Of a stretch of DNA of 64,000 nucleotides, positions 44,064-56,943 are shown piece by piece. The notes below the pieces were generated by a model. That model ran no database searches and was not told the origin of the DNA. It saw only the letters and a program-made list of their open reading frames with translations. The translations under genes were made by a program, and so were the position numbers. The DNA comes from the human T2T-CHM13v2.0 reference genome, Homo sapiens. How positions within the stretch are numbered: position 1 is the first letter of the stretch; the number at the start of each line of letters is the position of its first letter. The stretch is from assembly GCF_009914755.1 (NCBI RefSeq), contig NC_060934.1. One strand, 5' to 3'.

Positions 44064-46009
44064 AGAGTTAGATTTCCAAGTAAAGCAAAATGTCACCTAG
44101 CAGGAGAGAGGAAAAAAAGAGAAAGAGAAAAAAGACAAGGAATGGGGATGGGGTAGACTTCAAGGAGGAAGAGCAAAGGTGACCAGGATGAGAAGGGAGA
44201 TGGGTGGGCATGGGCTGCTCAGAAGATGCCCTGAAGGGTGGGACCAGAGGAGCCAACCCTGAGAAGCGCCTGTCACTGACACTGGGTCATTCTTTACATT
44301 TCAAAATCATTTTCACATCTCTGGTCACATTTGCATATCACAGTCACTGTGAGTGGGTGAAGAACACATTCTTTTTTTCTGCTTCACTGATGAGAAAACC
44401 GAAGCATGAAAAGCTGCAGTGATTTGCTCATGGTCGCGCAGGGCTAATTTATTCCACATTTGGGATGGGCTATTTCTATCACACAGCAAGAGTCAGTAAT
44501 TGCTTTCCTGATATTTCATTTTTTTTTTAAAGCCAATACCATGAGCAGTCTATTAGGAGACAAATTCTCCTTTATTTTATACTTACACCCTGTGACTATT
44601 TCAATATTTTTACTTAACTACAATTTCTCAAATTTCCTTGCTCATGTCGAAGCATTTGACTAAAATATAGCAAAACCACTGTTCCTTTCAAGGGGGTCAA
44701 AACGTTTTCCGTGGATGGGAGCATGTCATGTGAGCAAAGATGAAAGTAGCTTTGTTGCACTCTTCTGGGAATCTTTCTAGGGATATTACTAAAGTCAAGA
44801 ATAGATCAGAAATGAAGAAAAGATGGGGATATAAAGAATAGCTTTCATGGAAAATTGAAATCATTCCTTTTAAAGTTTACAATTTCCACCCTGATCATAG
44901 ATCCCCAACCCTGCAGGATGGGTTCTTCCCAGATATGAAGGTGGCTGCAGCGATAGGATTTTGACGCAACTGTGATTGATGTCAGCAGGTCCAGACCGTG
45001 ATATTTCACGACAGATTTAACAGACATTTATTAAGTAGATTCAATGGGAACAGCTCCAGGCTAGATGGGGCTGGGAGATACAAAGGGAAGATGTAATCTG
45101 TGAAGGTCGTAGAGGCCAATTAGGGATTGAAATCCCACGGATATGGGTTGTCGTACACCCACTTCACACCAGTTGCTCTTATTCTACACCATCATTTCAC
45201 ATAAGCCTCCCACAAATGGCAAGTGGAATGGCATGATTCTCCTTATTGCAAGATGAGGCTATCTGGAAGGATCCAATGACTTCCCCAGTGAGTAGGGGGC
45301 TGCCCCGGGCTTTGCACCCAGGCTTTTGTCTCCAAGCGAAGAGTTGTCACTCACTGCACAGGAAGCAGCAGGAGAATAACCAAGTCACGGTCTAAAGTTG
45401 GGACACCCAACTGAGTTTCAGATTTCTGCCTGCACCAATGACACAGGAATTCAGAATAAGGGCGAGATCCTTGTGGGTTCGTGTGATGGTGGCATGGCGA
45501 TTCATGCTTGATTGAGAAGACAAAACGTGAACACTTTAAGGGCTTCTTGCACAAGTGAAGTGGTTGTGGAAATGTTTTCAAGGAGGAAATGCCTTTTTAA
45601 TAGAGAAATTTACTTGGCTAGTTAGCAGAAGTTTTCTTTCTTGGGTTAAAAGTAGTTGCTGCTATTATATCCTGAAGCATCTGGCTGTCCTGGTGGGGAC
45701 ATATGAGCGCTGCCACAGGCCGGGAATATCCCAGGCGAGTAAGAATAGCCCACAATAAGAGATGACTGCTGCTTGCTCTGCTGGTCACTGCAGTTGTCAG
45801 GAATGTTTCGCCTCAGAGGCAAACGGCTTAGGGCCGTCTCAACTTGGAGACAGAAAAACCCACCTCCTACTCCTGGCTCAGACCTTTGCTTTCTTATCTC
45901 CAGCTCACACCTTTAAGTCTTATGTAGTTAAAGGACATTTATCCGCCTCCTTGGAGAACACAGCCCTCCAGTGTCTCCTGCAGCCTGGAGCCTGGGACAT
46001 TCTGGAAGC

Positions 46010-46073
46010 ATGGAAGGCGTGGACTTGCTAGGGTTTCTCATCATCACATTAAACTGCAACGTGACCATGGTGG
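46010..46073 (+). CDS. GJD4: Connexin 40.1 (gap junction delta-4), coding exon 1
   Basis: gaagcATGG start; encodes MEGVDLLGFLIITLNCNVTMV+G, then donor G|gtgagt; phase 1 joins exon 2 as Gly-Lys-Leu-Trp, giving the typical connexin N-terminus (…TMVGKLW). Confidence 0.93.
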
Positions 46074-46446
46074 GTGAGTATTGGGACCATCTCCAAACTC
46101 CTGCGCTGTTTTTATTTCCACTGCCATGGTGGAATTGAGTCCTTAAAGGGTCCAGGTATTTACTCATTTTCAGTGTGCAGGCACCAAGCTGAAAGTCCAC
46201 CCACTCCCAAAAGAAAGGGCTGTGCCTTTCTGGAGGGAAGAGAGCTGAGGCTTCTAGTTTCTTTGAATGGTTCCACGGTTCCTCCGTCATGTAAGGGAGT
46301 CTTGCGTGTGACATTGTTCTCTCACAGATCATCCTGTGCTGACACTGGGGTGCTGACTCCAAAGACCAAAGCAGGTGGAGGGGTGTTTGTGTGCAACCCT
46401 GGTGTGGCTACGTTACCAGGAAAAGGAACAGAACAGCAAATGTTAA

Positions 46447-46786
<340 letters not shown>

Positions 46787-47750
46787 TGGAAGCTTAATTT
46801 TTAAGGAGTAGCCATTTCTCTTGTGCACTTTAAACCAAATCCCAAGTTTAGTTATTTTTTTTAACAAAGAAAATAATAGATTTTTGTTTAATGCAGACGA
46901 CTCACATTTTCAGAGAGGTATGGGGGTCAGAAAAGGATGAATATATGCCGGAGATGCAGTTGATACTTTTCTGGCTCATTATTTTGTAGATTTAGACAAA
47001 ACCAACTTGATGTTAAAAGTTCAACTCAATGACTCATCACATAATGATATTATTCTTTGTTTGACTGTCTTTATATATTTATTTTTGTTTTGTTTTTATG
47101 ATGTCAGGCGATGTTTCTCTCATCACAAAACACAATATTCACAAGTTATTTTGGCTGAGTTTTAAACATGTTTCGAAACAGTTGGCCGGTGCCATGAAAA
47201 TAGGGCTTGACAGTTATTTTGGTTTTCTAGCTTGGTGTCATTCCTTCACGATACATTGAAGAAAGACAAGCCCCATTCATTCCTAATAACTGGAAAAGGG
47301 GAAGAGGAATTCTGAATGATTAAAAAATCTGAAAAATGGAATGTTCATAAAGAAATTCAATTTCAAGGGCCGTAGACTAACATTAAATACAAGCCCTGTG
47401 ATTAAATAGAGATCCCTGGACTGTTGTCATAAGTAAGATTTACTGAAATCAGCAGCTCGAATTGGCAGTTACAGAAATACACCAACCTCTTTTAAAAGGC
47501 TTATTCTCCTAAGAAGAAAATTTAAATCTTATTTAAATCATTAATTTGCTCAGCCAAACTTTCTTTCTGGACCTATCAGTCCAGGAGACATTACCAAAAG
47601 TCTGAATTAGCAGACAGATTAAAACACTTTTAATATAATGCTTTTTAAAAATCTACTCATCTTGAAGCATCTTACAAACAAGGATGTTCAGTGCTCAGTA
47701 AATATTTGTCAAATGAACTACCTGATGCTCTTGCTGTGAGTAAAGACAAG

Positions 47751-47905
47751 CTGACAGGTGTGGTGGCTCATGCCTGTAATCCCAGCTACTCAAGAGGCCA
47801 AGGCGGCAGGAGCACTTGAGGCCAGGAGTTCAAGACCAGCCTGGGCAATATAGCACGACCCTGTGTCCAACAACAACAACAACGACAACACAAACAAACA
47901 GAAAA
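47751..47905 (+). mobile_element. Alu left monomer (FLAM-like)
   Basis: Left-arm consensus with a (CAA)n tail. Confidence 0.8.
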
Positions 47906-48025
47906 CTAAAGACATGCTTATTGACGTTTCAATTTCCCAATCTCAGCCCCAATAGACACTTTAAAGCTGTTACTCAGGGCAGTGTATTCGGGGTGATGAG
48001 GCCATGCCCGCTTCCTCTCTTCCAG

Positions 48026-49074
48026 GAAAGCTCTGGTTCGTCCTCACGATGCTGCTGCGGATGCTGGTGATTGTCTTGGCGGGGCGACCCGTCTACCAGG
48101 ACGAGCAGGAGAGGTTTGTCTGCAACACGCTGCAGCCGGGATGCGCCAATGTTTGCTACGACGTCTTCTCCCCCGTGTCTCACCTGCGGTTCTGGCTGAT
48201 CCAGGGCGTGTGCGTCCTCCTCCCCTCCGCCGTCTTCAGCGTCTATGTCCTGCACCGAGGAGCCACGCTCGCCGCGCTGGGCCCCCGCCGCTGCCCCGAC
48301 CCCCGGGAGCCGGCCTCCGGGCAGAGACGCTGCCCGCGGCCATTCGGGGAGCGCGGCGGCCTCCAGGTGCCCGACTTTTCGGCCGGCTACATCATCCACC
48401 TCCTCCTCCGGACCCTGCTGGAGGCAGCCTTCGGGGCCTTGCACTACTTTCTCTTTGGATTCCTGGCCCCGAAGAAGTTCCCTTGCACGCGCCCTCCGTG
48501 CACGGGCGTGGTGGACTGCTACGTGTCGCGGCCCACAGAGAAGTCCCTGCTGATGCTGTTCCTCTGGGCGGTCAGCGCGCTGTCTTTTCTGCTGGGCCTC
48601 GCCGACCTGGTCTGCAGCCTGCGGCGGCGGATGCGCAGGAGGCCGGGACCCCCCACAAGCCCCTCCATCCGGAAGCAGAGCGGAGCCTCAGGCCACGCGG
48701 AGGGACGCCGGACTGACGAGGAGGGTGGGCGGGAGGAAGAGGGGGCACCGGCGCCCCCGGGTGCACGCGCCGGAGGGGAGGGGGCTGGCAGCCCCAGGCG
48801 TACATCCAGGGTGTCAGGGCACACGAAGATTCCGGATGAGGATGAGAGTGAGGTGACATCCTCCGCCAGCGAAAAGCTGGGCAGACAGCCCCGGGGCAGG
48901 CCCCACCGAGAGGCCGCCCAGGACCCCAGGGGCTCAGGATCCGAGGAGCAGCCCTCAGCAGCCCCCAGCCGCCTGGCCGCGCCCCCTTCCTGCAGCAGCC
49001 TGCAGCCCCCTGACCCGCCTGCCAGCTCCAGTGGTGCTCCCCACCTGAGAGCCAGGAAGTCTGAGTGGGTGTGA
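48026..49074 (+). CDS. GJD4: Connexin 40.1 (gap junction delta-4), coding exon 2
   Basis: Acceptor cttcctctcttccag|; four hydrophobic segments; extracellular cysteine motifs [12 protein letters not shown] (CX6CX3C) and [12 protein letters not shown] (CX4CX5C) followed by YVSRPTEK; 64+1049 nt gives 370 aa ending KSEWV. Confidence 0.97.
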
Positions 49075-49110
49075 AAAAAACAGCACCTGGCGGTGCCCCG
49101 GGGCTCACGC
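48040..49110. promoter_or_regulatory. Intragenic CpG island over GJD4 exon 2
   Basis: About 1 kb of very GC- and CpG-rich sequence in an otherwise CpG-depleted window. Confidence 0.75.
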
Positions 49111-49406
49111 CTGTAATCCCAACACTTTGGGAGGCCCAGGCAGGAGGATCGTTTGAGAATATATCTCCTTGCCCAAGAGTTTGAGACCAGCCTGGACAAC
49201 ATAATGAGACCCTCGTCTCTACAAAATATCTAAAAATTAGCTGGGCACAGTGGCTCCCTCCTGTAGTCCCAGCTACTTGGGAGGCTGAGATGGGAGGACC
49301 ATTTGAGCCTGGGAGATCGAGGCTGCAGTGAGCCAAGATCACGGCACTGCGCTGCAGCCTGGGCAACACAGTGAGACCCTGTCAAAAAAAAAAAAAAAAA
49401 AAAAAA
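49089..49406 (+). mobile_element. AluJ in the GJD4 3' UTR
   Basis: Begins about 14 nt after the TGA; TSD remnant aaaaa(c)agcacc on both sides; A tail 49384-49406. Confidence 0.88.
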
Positions 49407-49883
49407 GCACCAAGCAGAGCTGAGAGAGCCCGGCTGTCCTTTGCACACGGGAATGCCTGTGCTGATGCATACTCACTTTGGCACCTGTAAAATCTCATCA
49501 CTCAACGAAGGTCCTCAGGCAGAAGGGCGAGCTGGCCTGGGGACACACGGACATTACAGGAGATATATTCTCAGTACGGATTTAATTTAGATAACACATT
49601 TTATTTAAAAACAAAACAAAACACATGACGTTCAAATGCCCCAACAAAACTAAAGTGATGAACTGGAGTCAGCTTTCTGATGATGGTGAGATGGTTCTGT
49701 CGGCCACACTCTCCCGGTTCTATTATCAAATTCTTTGCCATATGTTTCATGTAAGGCATGTTTTCTTCCATTAGTATAGTTTATTAATGTTTAATATTTT
49801 CTAGTGAATTATCATGAGGTTTTTTTTGTTTTTCTGCTTTGGATGAAAGAAACATCTGTTATGCATGTCAAAAATAGAGAGAC

Positions 49884-49911
49884 ATTAAACTTCTCCAAAC
49901 CCCTTAATAAA
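49884..49911 (+). terminator. Candidate GJD4 poly(A) signals
   Basis: ATTAAA at 49884-49889 and AATAAA at 49906-49911, the first canonical hexamers I found after the stop. Confidence 0.45.
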
Positions 49912-49913
49912 AT

Positions 49914-50575
<662 letters not shown>

Positions 50576-51744
50576 AAAATTAATGCTGATTGCATTATAA
50601 TATCACGCTTCATACATCATTGTGTTAGAGCAGAAATGACAAATGCAGAAAATACGGCTAATAAACAGTTGGTTTCCAGGGGCATCTGATACTGTTCCCG
50701 TGTATGGGTGTAAAGTGCACAGGATGTAGGATGAGTTGTCCCTGTGTGTGTATGCTGGGTGGCTGTCCTCACCGCATAGAGGGAGTGCTTTTGCTGTAGA
50801 GGAGTGACCATAGATTTGTCACAAGTTTTTTAATTCAGGCTTTGTCTGTGCCCTTTAGAGAGTCATACAATTCAGACTTCCCTGAGAATCTTCATGTTCC
50901 AGTGGGGAAGATGAAAAAAACTGTGGGTATTGTGGAATGCACAGTCTGTGTTTATGACTTTTTGTGTAGCAACAGACAAATGCCGCAGGTCTTGGGCTGG
51001 GCTTCCGATCCAGGCCTTTCTGCACTGCTTAGTGTCATTCTGGCTTTGATCTAGGTGCTGCCCAAGTTCAGGTGTGACCTTCAAGTTTAGTGCTGGCCGA
51101 AATCAGGCAGGTAGGAGGATACAGTAGAGCAGAGGTTTGCTATGGGACAGGATTAACCTGCTCACCCTAATCAAGAGAGGAAAGAGGCATCTGGGTGTAG
51201 CTCAGAAATAGATGACTATCCCCTGGTTTCCATGTATGGAAGGGCTGGGGAGAGGCACCACCCTTCACTCCAGCAAATAACAAAAAAAGGTGAACCAATT
51301 CCTCATCAAAATGATGGGCACTTTGACTCTTCTAAAGAAGACCTTGACGATGAAATGTCTTCAAACATGGAGAATAACAGCCTGCTTGGTGTATCTGCAG
51401 GATGTCAAGGCAATTGGTCCAAACATTAAACAAAAATCCCAAATTGGTTTTGGCATAAAGCTATTTGAATGAATGTGCCTATTTTAATATATTCTCTCTC
51501 TCTCTCTCTCCTTTCTCTCACTTTTGCTCCTTAAGCCACTGAAAGCTGTGAGTGATGCCTCCAACCACTGTCTTCAATACTTAGATCAATGTCTGGCACA
51601 TAGTGGCTGCTCAAAAAATTGTTTGTTTTTTTTTCATCTGATATTCCTGAAGCATTCAGGGGCAAATCTTGTTGTCCCTTGTAGTGTCCAATTCTGGTGG
51701 ACTTCCCAAGTCTCTCTAAGTCTTCCCAGTCTTATAGAGATAAA

Positions 51745-52070
51745 GGATTTCTTTCTTTCTTTCTCCTTCCTTCCTCCCTCCCTCTCTCCCTCCGTCCCTC
51801 TCTCCCTCCCTCCCTCTCTTCCTCCCTCTCTCTTTTTCTCTTTCTCTCTTTCTCTTTCTTTCTTTCTTTCTTTTTCTTTCTTTCCTTCCTTCCTTCCTTT
51901 CTTCCTTCCTTCTTCCTTCCTTCCTCTTTCTTTCTTTCTTTCTTTCTTCTCTTTCTTTCTTTCCTGTTAATCTCTTTCCTTTCTTCTGATCTTCCTTCTT
52001 TTCATTTTCGAGGCAGGGTCTTGCTCTGTCACTCAGGCTGGAGTGCAGTGGCGTGATCATGGTTCACTGC
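51745..52070 (-). repeat. (TTTC/TCCC)n polypyrimidine tract continuing into a truncated AluJ 3' end (52005-52070)
   Basis: About 260 bp of C/T abutting gaggcagggtcttgctctgtcactcaggctggagtgcagtgg; likely an expanded Alu tail. Confidence 0.88.
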
Positions 52071-52399
52071 ATGAGCTCCCTCTGGGAGAGGGAGGGTAAG
52101 GGAGAGGGTAAGGGGCCTAGGGTAGGAGATCTGGGCTCTGGCCTCATGCCCGCCATTGCCTAGCAGATCGCTCCCTCCCCTGGGCCTCAGTCTTCTCCCC
52201 TGCATGATGAGGGGCCCTGACCAGGGGATTCTTTAGTGCTCTATGAGGGTGAGACTCCATCAGTGAGATGTGAGGCTGTCAGTCATCTTAGCATTAATAG
52301 GGACTCATTTATGAGGCCTATCCAGCTACCTGCCTGCATGCAGGTTTTGATCAGATGAAAATGGTAAGGACAATAGAGGCCCGTGTGTCCTTAGAGGAG

Positions 52400-53030
52400 C
52401 TGCCATGGCGAGGATGTGAAGAAAAGGGAATACTCGTTCTCTCTTGTGCACTGTTGGTGGGAATGTAAATTAGCACAACCACTATGGAGAACAGCATGGA
52501 GGTTTCTCAAAAAACTGAAAATAGAGATATAGGATCCAGCAATCCTACTGCTGGGTATGTACCCCAAAGAAAAGAAACCAGAATGTCAAAGAGATAGCTG
52601 CACTCCCATGTTTATTGCAACACTAGTCACAATAGCAAAGATGTGGAAACAACCTAAGGGTCCATCAGTTGATGGATGGATAAAGACAATGTGGTTTATA
52701 TGCAGAATGGAGTACTATTCAGACATAAAAAGGATGAAATCTTGTTATTGGCAGCAACATGGATGGATCTGGAGGACATTATTTTATGTGAAATGAGCCA
52801 GGCACAAAAAGACAAATGTCACAGGCTCTCACTCCTATGTGGGAGCTGAAGAAGCGGATCTCATGGAGGTAGAGAGTAGAATGGGGGTCACTAGAGAAGG
52901 GGATGGCGAGGGGGCCTGAAGGGAAAAAGAAAGAATACAAATGCACTTATTACCACCAAGGTGTACACTGAACAGTGATAAAGATGGTAGATTATGTATG
53001 TCTATTTTACCTCCATAAAAATAAATGTTA
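52400..53030 (+). mobile_element. LINE-1 3' end (L1MA-like)
   Basis: cactgttggtgggaatgtaaattag…ccagcaatcctactgctgggtat…gcagcaacatggatgga…ctggaggacatt. Confidence 0.85.
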
Positions 53031-53388
53031 AGAACAGAAGAGCTGTCATAAAAGAGTCAGGGACCACGTGGAAAGTGGAGGCAGGTGGTCCGAGGACGAG
53101 TCCTCAACTTCATACTCTACTGAGTGATGGCTGAGAGCTGAGTGGACAGACCTGGGGGCCACAGAAGACATCTGATGGGACCCCGTCCCATGAGGAGCAA
53201 GGTGTCAGAAGAGGCATGGCCTATCCTAGAACTTGGCTGGTCATGCTCACGTGACCGTGACTATGCTGTGGAATGTGCTAATGCAGGTGTCCTTATTTCT
53301 CTTCTCTTTGCTGTCACACTGGGCACTGAAGATCTCTCCTAGTTTTGTAACTTAGGTTGTAAAGCCTTAAAGATTTTTTTCCAGTCCA

Positions 53389-53689
53389 TGGCCAGGTGTG
53401 GTGGCTCACGCCTGTAATCCCAACACTTTGGCAGGCCAGGTGGGCGGATCACTTGAGGTCAGGGTTTTGAGACTAGCCTGGCCAACATGGTGAAAACCTG
53501 TCTTTATTAAAAAAACAAAAATTAGCTGGGCATGGTGACGGATGCCTGTAATTCCAGCTACTCAGAAGGATGAGGCAGGAAAATTGCTTGAACCCGAAAG
53601 GCAGAGGTTGCAGTGAGCTGAGATTGCACCACTGCACTCCAGTCTGGGCCACAAAGCGAGACTCCATCTCAAAAAAAAAAAAAAAAAAA
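53389..53689 (+). mobile_element. AluS
   Basis: Full sense Alu; flanked by ttttccagtcc duplication. Confidence 0.9.
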
Positions 53690-53899
53690 GAGCTTTTCCA
53701 GTCCTTTAAAGGGAGAGGGGAAAAAAAATCTTAGACTATATTCAAAAGGCTAAAAACAGTAGAAAATCATGTGGCTTCCATCTTCCTTTTCCAGACTTCA
53801 ATCCGTGTCTTTGCATGTTGACACCGAATGACTGAAAAATGGCTCGCATGTCTGCATCCCTTCCACAGACAGTTAAGGAGGATCCTATGGCTTAGGGCA

Positions 53900-54248
53900 G
53901 AGACTGTGCAAGTTAATGTAATTGCAGCTGCAATAACCGGCAAACCCCAATTTTAGCCACTTAATGCAGAAGAAGCCTCAATGAGTACAAAGTGTCTATT
54001 CCTGGTGTGAGCAGCTATGCTCCAGGTGGTGACTCCATCCTGTGGCACCAACATCTTCTGCTCATGTTACTGATTTCTTGCGGGGAGGACAATAGGGGCT
54101 CCCTAGGCCTGGCCTCGAGATGGCGCTGGCCACGTTCTCTAAGTAGAACTCAGTCCCAGCTGCAAGGGAAGCTATGAAAGGTGGCTTAGCTACATGCGCA
54201 GAAAGAAGGAGGAAAAGTTGGGGTGAACAGGTAGCCAGTGTTTGCCTA
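53900..54248 (-). mobile_element. Old MaLR LTR (MLT1J/K-like)
   Basis: agaactcagtcccagctgcaagggaagct…cttagctacatgc…ggtgaacag…cagtgtttgcc. Confidence 0.5.
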
Positions 54249-55530
54249 AGGCAGCAATTATTATCTGGGCACCTGCCCTGTAAGAGGCATTTAATAAATC
54301 CTAGTGACCAACAAACTGGTCTCTAGGGAAAGCTGAGCAGGGCCATTGGCTCAGGTCCTCAGATGGTGGTGGAGAGAAGAGAAAGGAGGTGACAAGGACA
54401 AAGACAACTGACTGAATTAGGCACAGAACCCAAATCTCATATTGAGGGAGTGTCCTCTTAATTACAATCATTTTAAATAAAAAGGGATCTTAATTGGTTT
54501 AAGTGTGTGCACGTTGGGGTTTTAGTTGAGCTCTTTGGTCTTTGCACAGCACAAAAATCTCATGAGATAATTGGCGTCTAACTTTCTGGGGAGTTTAATT
54601 TAGAAATCTCTTCCCAGGGCAATCTGTAGGTGGATTCTAATGGCAATTCAAGCTCTGGCTTGACACGTGCAGCTGGCTACCTGCAGAGACAAAATGAAAG
54701 ATTATGAAGATCAGTGAGATTATGCTTATAAAGCAGTTTGTGCTTAGCCGAGAACAGCATTTATAGAATTAACAGATGTGACTCTGTTTTGGTAGGATAT
54801 TGCAATCCGCTGAGGGAACCTATTTTGAATTTTCTGAGTGTAATTTTGGTTTCAGGTAAGAAGTGCTGAGGAGGGGGTTGCTTTACAGATGAGGAGAGGG
54901 GACATTGGATTTCTCAGGCACAAATTTGCTAAAGATCCTCTGCAATGTACACACCTCCCACTGTGGACCCCAACACTCCAGCTCTAGGAGTGGGGCCAGC
55001 AACAGAATCTAGTAAATCTCACCAGCTGTATTTTGGCTGTGCTGTGGGATAAATGTTTCCTAGGGACAAAACAGATAGCTTTCTCCCTGCATTCGAAATG
55101 CATGCTTTGATCTGTTTGCTCCCTCAGAGCAAACAGAGCTTTGATCTGTTTGTCCATCAGAGAGCAAACCTCTTTCTCGGGGAAATTTCTAGTTGAGCTC
55201 CATCTCTGTGACCTGAGAGGGGCAGATGGGAGGGGCACACAGCAGAGCCAAAAGAAGGGACTACATGTTCTGATAAACTGAACCTGGTTGGAAGGTGTTT
55301 CATGGAGAATCCAGGAAATTAAAAGTCAATGGAAAAACTAGATTTTGGTTTTGGAGTTTCCTCCCTCCCCAGGTGGGTGAAACAGAGAAGTGCATGACAC
55401 CTTTAAAAGATCAGGTGATTATAAAGAGTACGCCCAACTGGCATGACCCTGCACCTAGAAGTTAATTTTTTGGTTCTTTTCCTTTCCTGTTTTTTTTTCT
55501 ATGGAGCTAAAAAAAAAAAAAAAATCAACC

Positions 55531-55822
55531 TGCCAGGCTCAGTGGCTCATGCCTATAATCCCATCACTTAGGGAGACCGAGGTGGGAGGATTGCTTGAGC
55601 CCAGGAGATCAAGACCAGCCTGGGCAACACAGCAAAACAACAAAACAAAACAAAACAAAACTTGGCCATGCTTGGTGGCACGCACCTGTGGTCTCCGCTA
55701 CTTACGAGGCTAAGGTAGAGGGATCACTGTAGCTTAGTTTGAGGCTGCAGTGAGCTACAATCGTGCCACCACACTCCAGCCTGGGTGACAGAACAAGACC
55801 CTGTCTTAAAAAAGAAAAAAAT
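55531..55822 (+). mobile_element. AluJ
   Basis: Sense Alu with a (CAAAA)n linker. Confidence 0.85.
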
Positions 55823-56943
55823 AATCGACTTATCACATAAGCATCAGCAACCTGTGGTGGGAAGAGTTTAAGCAAAAGGTCATTGTTTCGGTTCTGCCTG
55901 ATTCCCCCAACTCCTGTGAACCTTAATCTTCTCAGTGCTGAGATGGGCAGATCACAGCTACCTTACTTCATGGGCTTGCTGGGAAGTTCAGATGAGATGG
56001 TGGACGTGGAAGCCCCTGAGAGGGACATAGCCATGTGTCATCGTAGGTGCTTCCTAGGCTGCAAAATCACCAATGCTTGGACAGATCACTGCAAATGCTT
56101 CTCTTTGGGAATGTGTGATGTACAACGCTTGCTTGGGGGAGAAGGATGTCCACAGACTTAGGACATTGCAACGTCCTTCCTGCACTCTCTCTTACCAGCA
56201 GAGGCCTCTCTTGGACCATATTTAAGGTGCAATATTTGTAAGCTCCAAAATAAAATGTTAATTAATTCTGGTGGTACCTCTTGACCGTGTTCATGAGCTC
56301 ATTCTTTTCATTCTTCTTTCTTATTTCTCTCTGGCCAGAAAAAGCAGGATCTAAGAATTCTCAGCAATGGATCTGGGTATTCTAGTAGGTGACTTTGAAT
56401 AGCAGAATGGGTGAGAAAGTTGGGGATAATGGAGAAATTGTGGGCAAGCTGGCTTCCTGGGAAGGGACTAATTGAACAAGACAATGATTTATCTTTTCGG
56501 GGTTCAGAGGCAGCTTGTTAATTCGAATTATTTTCTTTATTTTTGCCCACAAGTGTTTGGTTGTCCTTTTCTCTGGCTTTTTACCTGATCAGGCTGCAAG
56601 CTGCAAAGGTGTGGCTTGTGCTGCAGATTTGTAATAAAAGATGACAGGTGAGAGAGACAGTGGTGGAACTGGTAGAGCTTGCACACCCACACGGTGTGGC
56701 TGCTCGGGAGGCTGTCTAGTGCACCTGCCAACAGAGCACAGATATCCTCTCTTCCTCATTTCAGATTCCTCCTTCCAGCTGTTTACTAAACAGCAACAAA
56801 AACACCCTCTTGGCTGTAACTTGTCAAATAAAGTCCCTGCAAAGTGTATAAGATTTTCCTCCCCTCGGTTTATGAAATGTGTTATTTTACATTTGAGAAA
56901 CTTCCCCCCTTTTCTTGTTGCTTTAGAAAGTTAAAGTGCTTTT

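Noticed and set aside
47974-49369. Long overlapping and antisense ORFs (156, 191, 227 and 265 aa) over GJD4
   Set aside because: Expected stop-poor shadow frames of a GC-rich CDS; two start inside an Alu and none resembles a known protein
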